NCBI GenBank assembly: GCA_046047575.1
Contig: JBJOHR010000178.1
Span: forward strand, 1-55,660
Direction of reading: 5' to 3'
DNA length: 55,660 nucleotides
From: Bacteroidota bacterium
GTDB lineage: Bacteria > Bacteroidota > Bacteroidia > UBA10329
Made by a program: the position numbers and the translations under genes. The notes under the pieces are model-generated. The model did no database searches. It was not told the DNA's origin and saw only the letters and a list, made by a program, of their open reading frames with translations. This document shows, one piece after another, positions 53,869 to 55,660 of this stretch (position 1 is the first letter of the stretch; each line of letters begins with the position of its first letter).

Positions 53869-55578
53869 ATGCACGAACTAAGCGAACAGGAGATTGTAAG
53901 ACGCGATGCGCTGAAGAAGCTCGAAGAATTGGGCATTGACCCATATCCAGCGGCCGAATTCCCCGTGAACATCTTGGCCACCGAACTGAAGAAACGTTTC
54001 GAAGGTGGAGAAGAGCTGAACGAGGTGATTTTGGCTGGTCGCCTGATGAGCGTGCGCGTAATGGGGAAAGCCTCGTTTGCCGAGTTGCAGGACGCTTCTG
54101 GTCGCGTGCAGATCTACATTGCCCGCGATGAGATCTGCCCGGGCGATGACAAGGCGCTTTACAACGAGGTGTTCAAGAAACTGCTTGATTTCGGTGATTT
54201 CATCGGCATCAAAGGGCATGTGTTCAAAACGCAAGTTGGGGAAACCTCTGTTCATGTGAAGGAATTGACCGTGCTCGCAAAATCGGTGAAGCCGCTGCCG
54301 GTGGTGAAGACCGATGCGGATGGGAAAGTGCATGATGCGGTGACCGATGCGGAGTTCCGTTATCGTCAGCGATACGTTGATCTTGTGGTGAACCCAGGTA
54401 CCAAAGAGGTTTTCAAGAAGCGCACAAAGCTTTATAGCGTGTTCCGCGAGTACTTTAATGAGCACGACATTCTTGAGGTGGAAACGCCAATTCTACAAGC
54501 GATTCCCGGTGGTGCGGCAGCAAGGCCGTTCATCACGCATCATAATGCGCTGAACATTCCGCTTTATCTGCGCATTGCGAATGAGCTTTATCTGAAAAGA
54601 TTGATCGTTGGCGGTTTCGATGGCGTTTATGAGTTCGCCAAAGACTTCAGAAATGAAGGCATGGACCGTACGCACAATCCTGAGTTCACGGTGATGGAGA
54701 TCTACGTGGCCTACAAGGATTACAACTGGATGATGGACTTTACCGAGAAACTTCTCGAAAAGGCTTGCATTGCGCTGAACGGAACCACTGAGATCAAGTA
54801 CGGAAACATGGAGGTGAGTTTCAAAGCGCCTTATCCACGCGTGCCGATGCTGGATGCCATCAAGCAGCACACAGGTGTTGACATAACGGGAATGGGCGAA
54901 GATGAGCTGCGCCAAGTATGTAAAGATCTTGGTGTTGATGTCGACCCAAGCATGGGCAAAGGCAAGCTGATCGATGAGATATTCGGGGAGAAGTGCGAAG
55001 GCAATTACATCCAACCGACCTTCATCACGGATTATCCCGTGGAGATGTCACCTCTCACCAAGAAGCACCGAAGCAAAGAAGGTTTGGTGGAGCGTTTTGA
55101 GCTGATGATCTGCGGAAAAGAGATTGCGAACGCTTATTCCGAGCTGAACGACCCGCTGGAGCAACGCGAACGCTTTGAAGAGCAAATGCGCTTGGCCGAC
55201 CGAGGTGATGACGAGGCCATGATGATCGATCAGGACTTCTTGCGGGCGCTTGAATACGGTATGCCGCCAACTTCAGGAATGGGAATCGGTATGGACCGTT
55301 TGGCCATGATGCTCACCGACCAGCATTCCATTCAGGATATTCTCTTCTTCCCACAAATGCGGCCTGAGAAAAAGGCCGAAAAGAAAGTGGAACTGAACGA
55401 GAACGAAAAATTGGTGTTCGACATCCTTTCCAAGAACTCACCCATGGACCTGAACGACCTGAAAACACGATCTGCCCTAAGCGGAAAGCAATGGGACAAG
55501 AGCATCAAGGGCCTTACTTCCATGGGAGTTGCCAAAGTGACTAAGACAGATGCAGGGTTGACGGTGGAAGCGGTTTAA
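53869..55578 (+). CDS. lysS: Lysine--tRNA ligase (class II) with a ~70-aa C-terminal extension
   Basis: The ORF track starts at TTG 53851, and the ATG is at 53869 (MHELSEQEIVRR). OB-fold region: ILAGRLMSVRVMGKASFAELQD. Class II motifs: FRNEGMDRTHNPEFT and GMGIGMDRLAMML. Confidence 0.95.
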   Translation: MHELSEQEIVRRDALKKLEELGIDPYPAAEFPVNILATELKKRFEGGEELNEVILAGRLMSVRVMGKASFAELQDASGRVQIYIARDEICPGDDKALYNEVFKKLLDFGDFIGIKGHVFKTQVGETSVHVKELTVLAKSVKPLPVVKTDADGKVHDAVTDAEFRYRQRYVDLVVNPGTKEVFKKRTKLYSVFREYFNEHDILEVETPILQAIPGGAAARPFITHHNALNIPLYLRIANELYLKRLIVGGFDGVYEFAKDFRNEGMDRTHNPEFTVMEIYVAYKDYNWMMDFTEKLLEKACIALNGTTEIKYGNMEVSFKAPYPRVPMLDAIKQHTGVDITGMGEDELRQVCKDLGVDVDPSMGKGKLIDEIFGEKCEGNYIQPTFITDYPVEMSPLTKKHRSKEGLVERFELMICGKEIANAYSELNDPLEQRERFEEQMRLADRGDDEAMMIDQDFLRALEYGMPPTSGMGIGMDRLAMMLTDQHSIQDILFFPQMRPEKKAEKKVELNENEKLVFDILSKNSPMDLNDLKTRSALSGKQWDKSIKGLTSMGVAKVTKTDAGLTVEAV

Positions 55579-55660
55579 TTCACCAGCAATTTTACCGACA
55601 CTGAACCCTGCTGCGTGTTCAGTTTCATCAAGTAATTTCCTGCTGATAATTCTGGAAGCG
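55575..55660 (-). CDS. 3' end of a gene encoding a T9SS C-terminal sorting domain; the gene continues beyond the right edge
   Basis: My reverse-strand translation of the last 86 nt gives ..LPELSAGNYLMKLNTQQGSVSVKLLVN followed by a stop. This is the typical last beta-strands of a T9SS CTD. It is not in the ORF track because it is open at the window edge. Confidence 0.5.
   Translation of the reverse strand, partial: LPELSAGNYLMKLNTQQGSVSVKLLVN

Noticed and set aside
53878-55014. Two long minus-strand ORFs (195 aa and 173 aa) inside lysS
   Set aside because: They are shadow ORFs antisense to lysS, which has unambiguous class II motifs. No independent signals support them.
1-55660. Search for CRISPR arrays, tRNA or rRNA genes, IS elements, integrases, toxin-antitoxin pairs, restriction-modification or other known defence genes
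   Set aside because: I could see no regularly spaced repeats, transposase or integrase motifs, or methyltransferase or nuclease defence signatures on either strand. The PIN-PhoH and YwqK-like proteins look like conserved chromosomal genes rather than toxin-antitoxin modules.

Overview
This is a very densely packed chromosomal segment, about 95% coding with 54 protein genes. No rRNA, tRNA, CRISPR array, transposase or integrase is recognisable. The lineage signals point to Bacteroidota, probably a Flavobacteriia-like organism. These signals are several proteins ending in T9SS-type C-terminal sorting domains, AQ-type signal peptides and lipoprotein SC/AC boxes. They also include exact TAnnTTTG -7 promoter boxes in front of many genes, no Shine-Dalgarno sequences, DUF4296 after dihydroorotase, and an ileS-dksA-like-lspA operon. 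Most genes are housekeeping: ileS, cysS, pheS, lysS, asd, pgk, pyrC, lipB, lspA, an ALDH7-like dehydrogenase, an acyl-CoA carboxyltransferase and PGI/PMI. Envelope or secreted genes are interleaved: a TonB-dependent receptor, an OmpA-like lipoprotein, a lamin-tail-domain giant, an S8 protease, an M28 peptidase and glycosyltransferases. There is one TPR-histidine kinase/LuxR-type response regulator pair. I do not see a defence island, prophage or other textbook accessory system. The most plausible place for something undescribed is 20.3-24.3 kb. It holds an orphan Trp-rich secreted 542-aa protein translationally coupled to asd, then a T9SS beta-helix cargo protein, then the only long ORF-free spacer in the window. 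That spacer is 446 bp and contains repeats, hairpins and a 26-codon hydrophobic micro-ORF. Sequence-level regularities worth follow-up are listed here. Five genes have a -7 box ending 4-5 nt before the ATG, which suggests leaderless mRNAs. Eight of ten convergent gene pairs overlap at their 3' ends, often sharing a palindromic CTAG, TTAA or TTATAA double stop. Several conserved genes use TTG or GTG starts. All functional calls come from reading motifs by eye. No database search was run.
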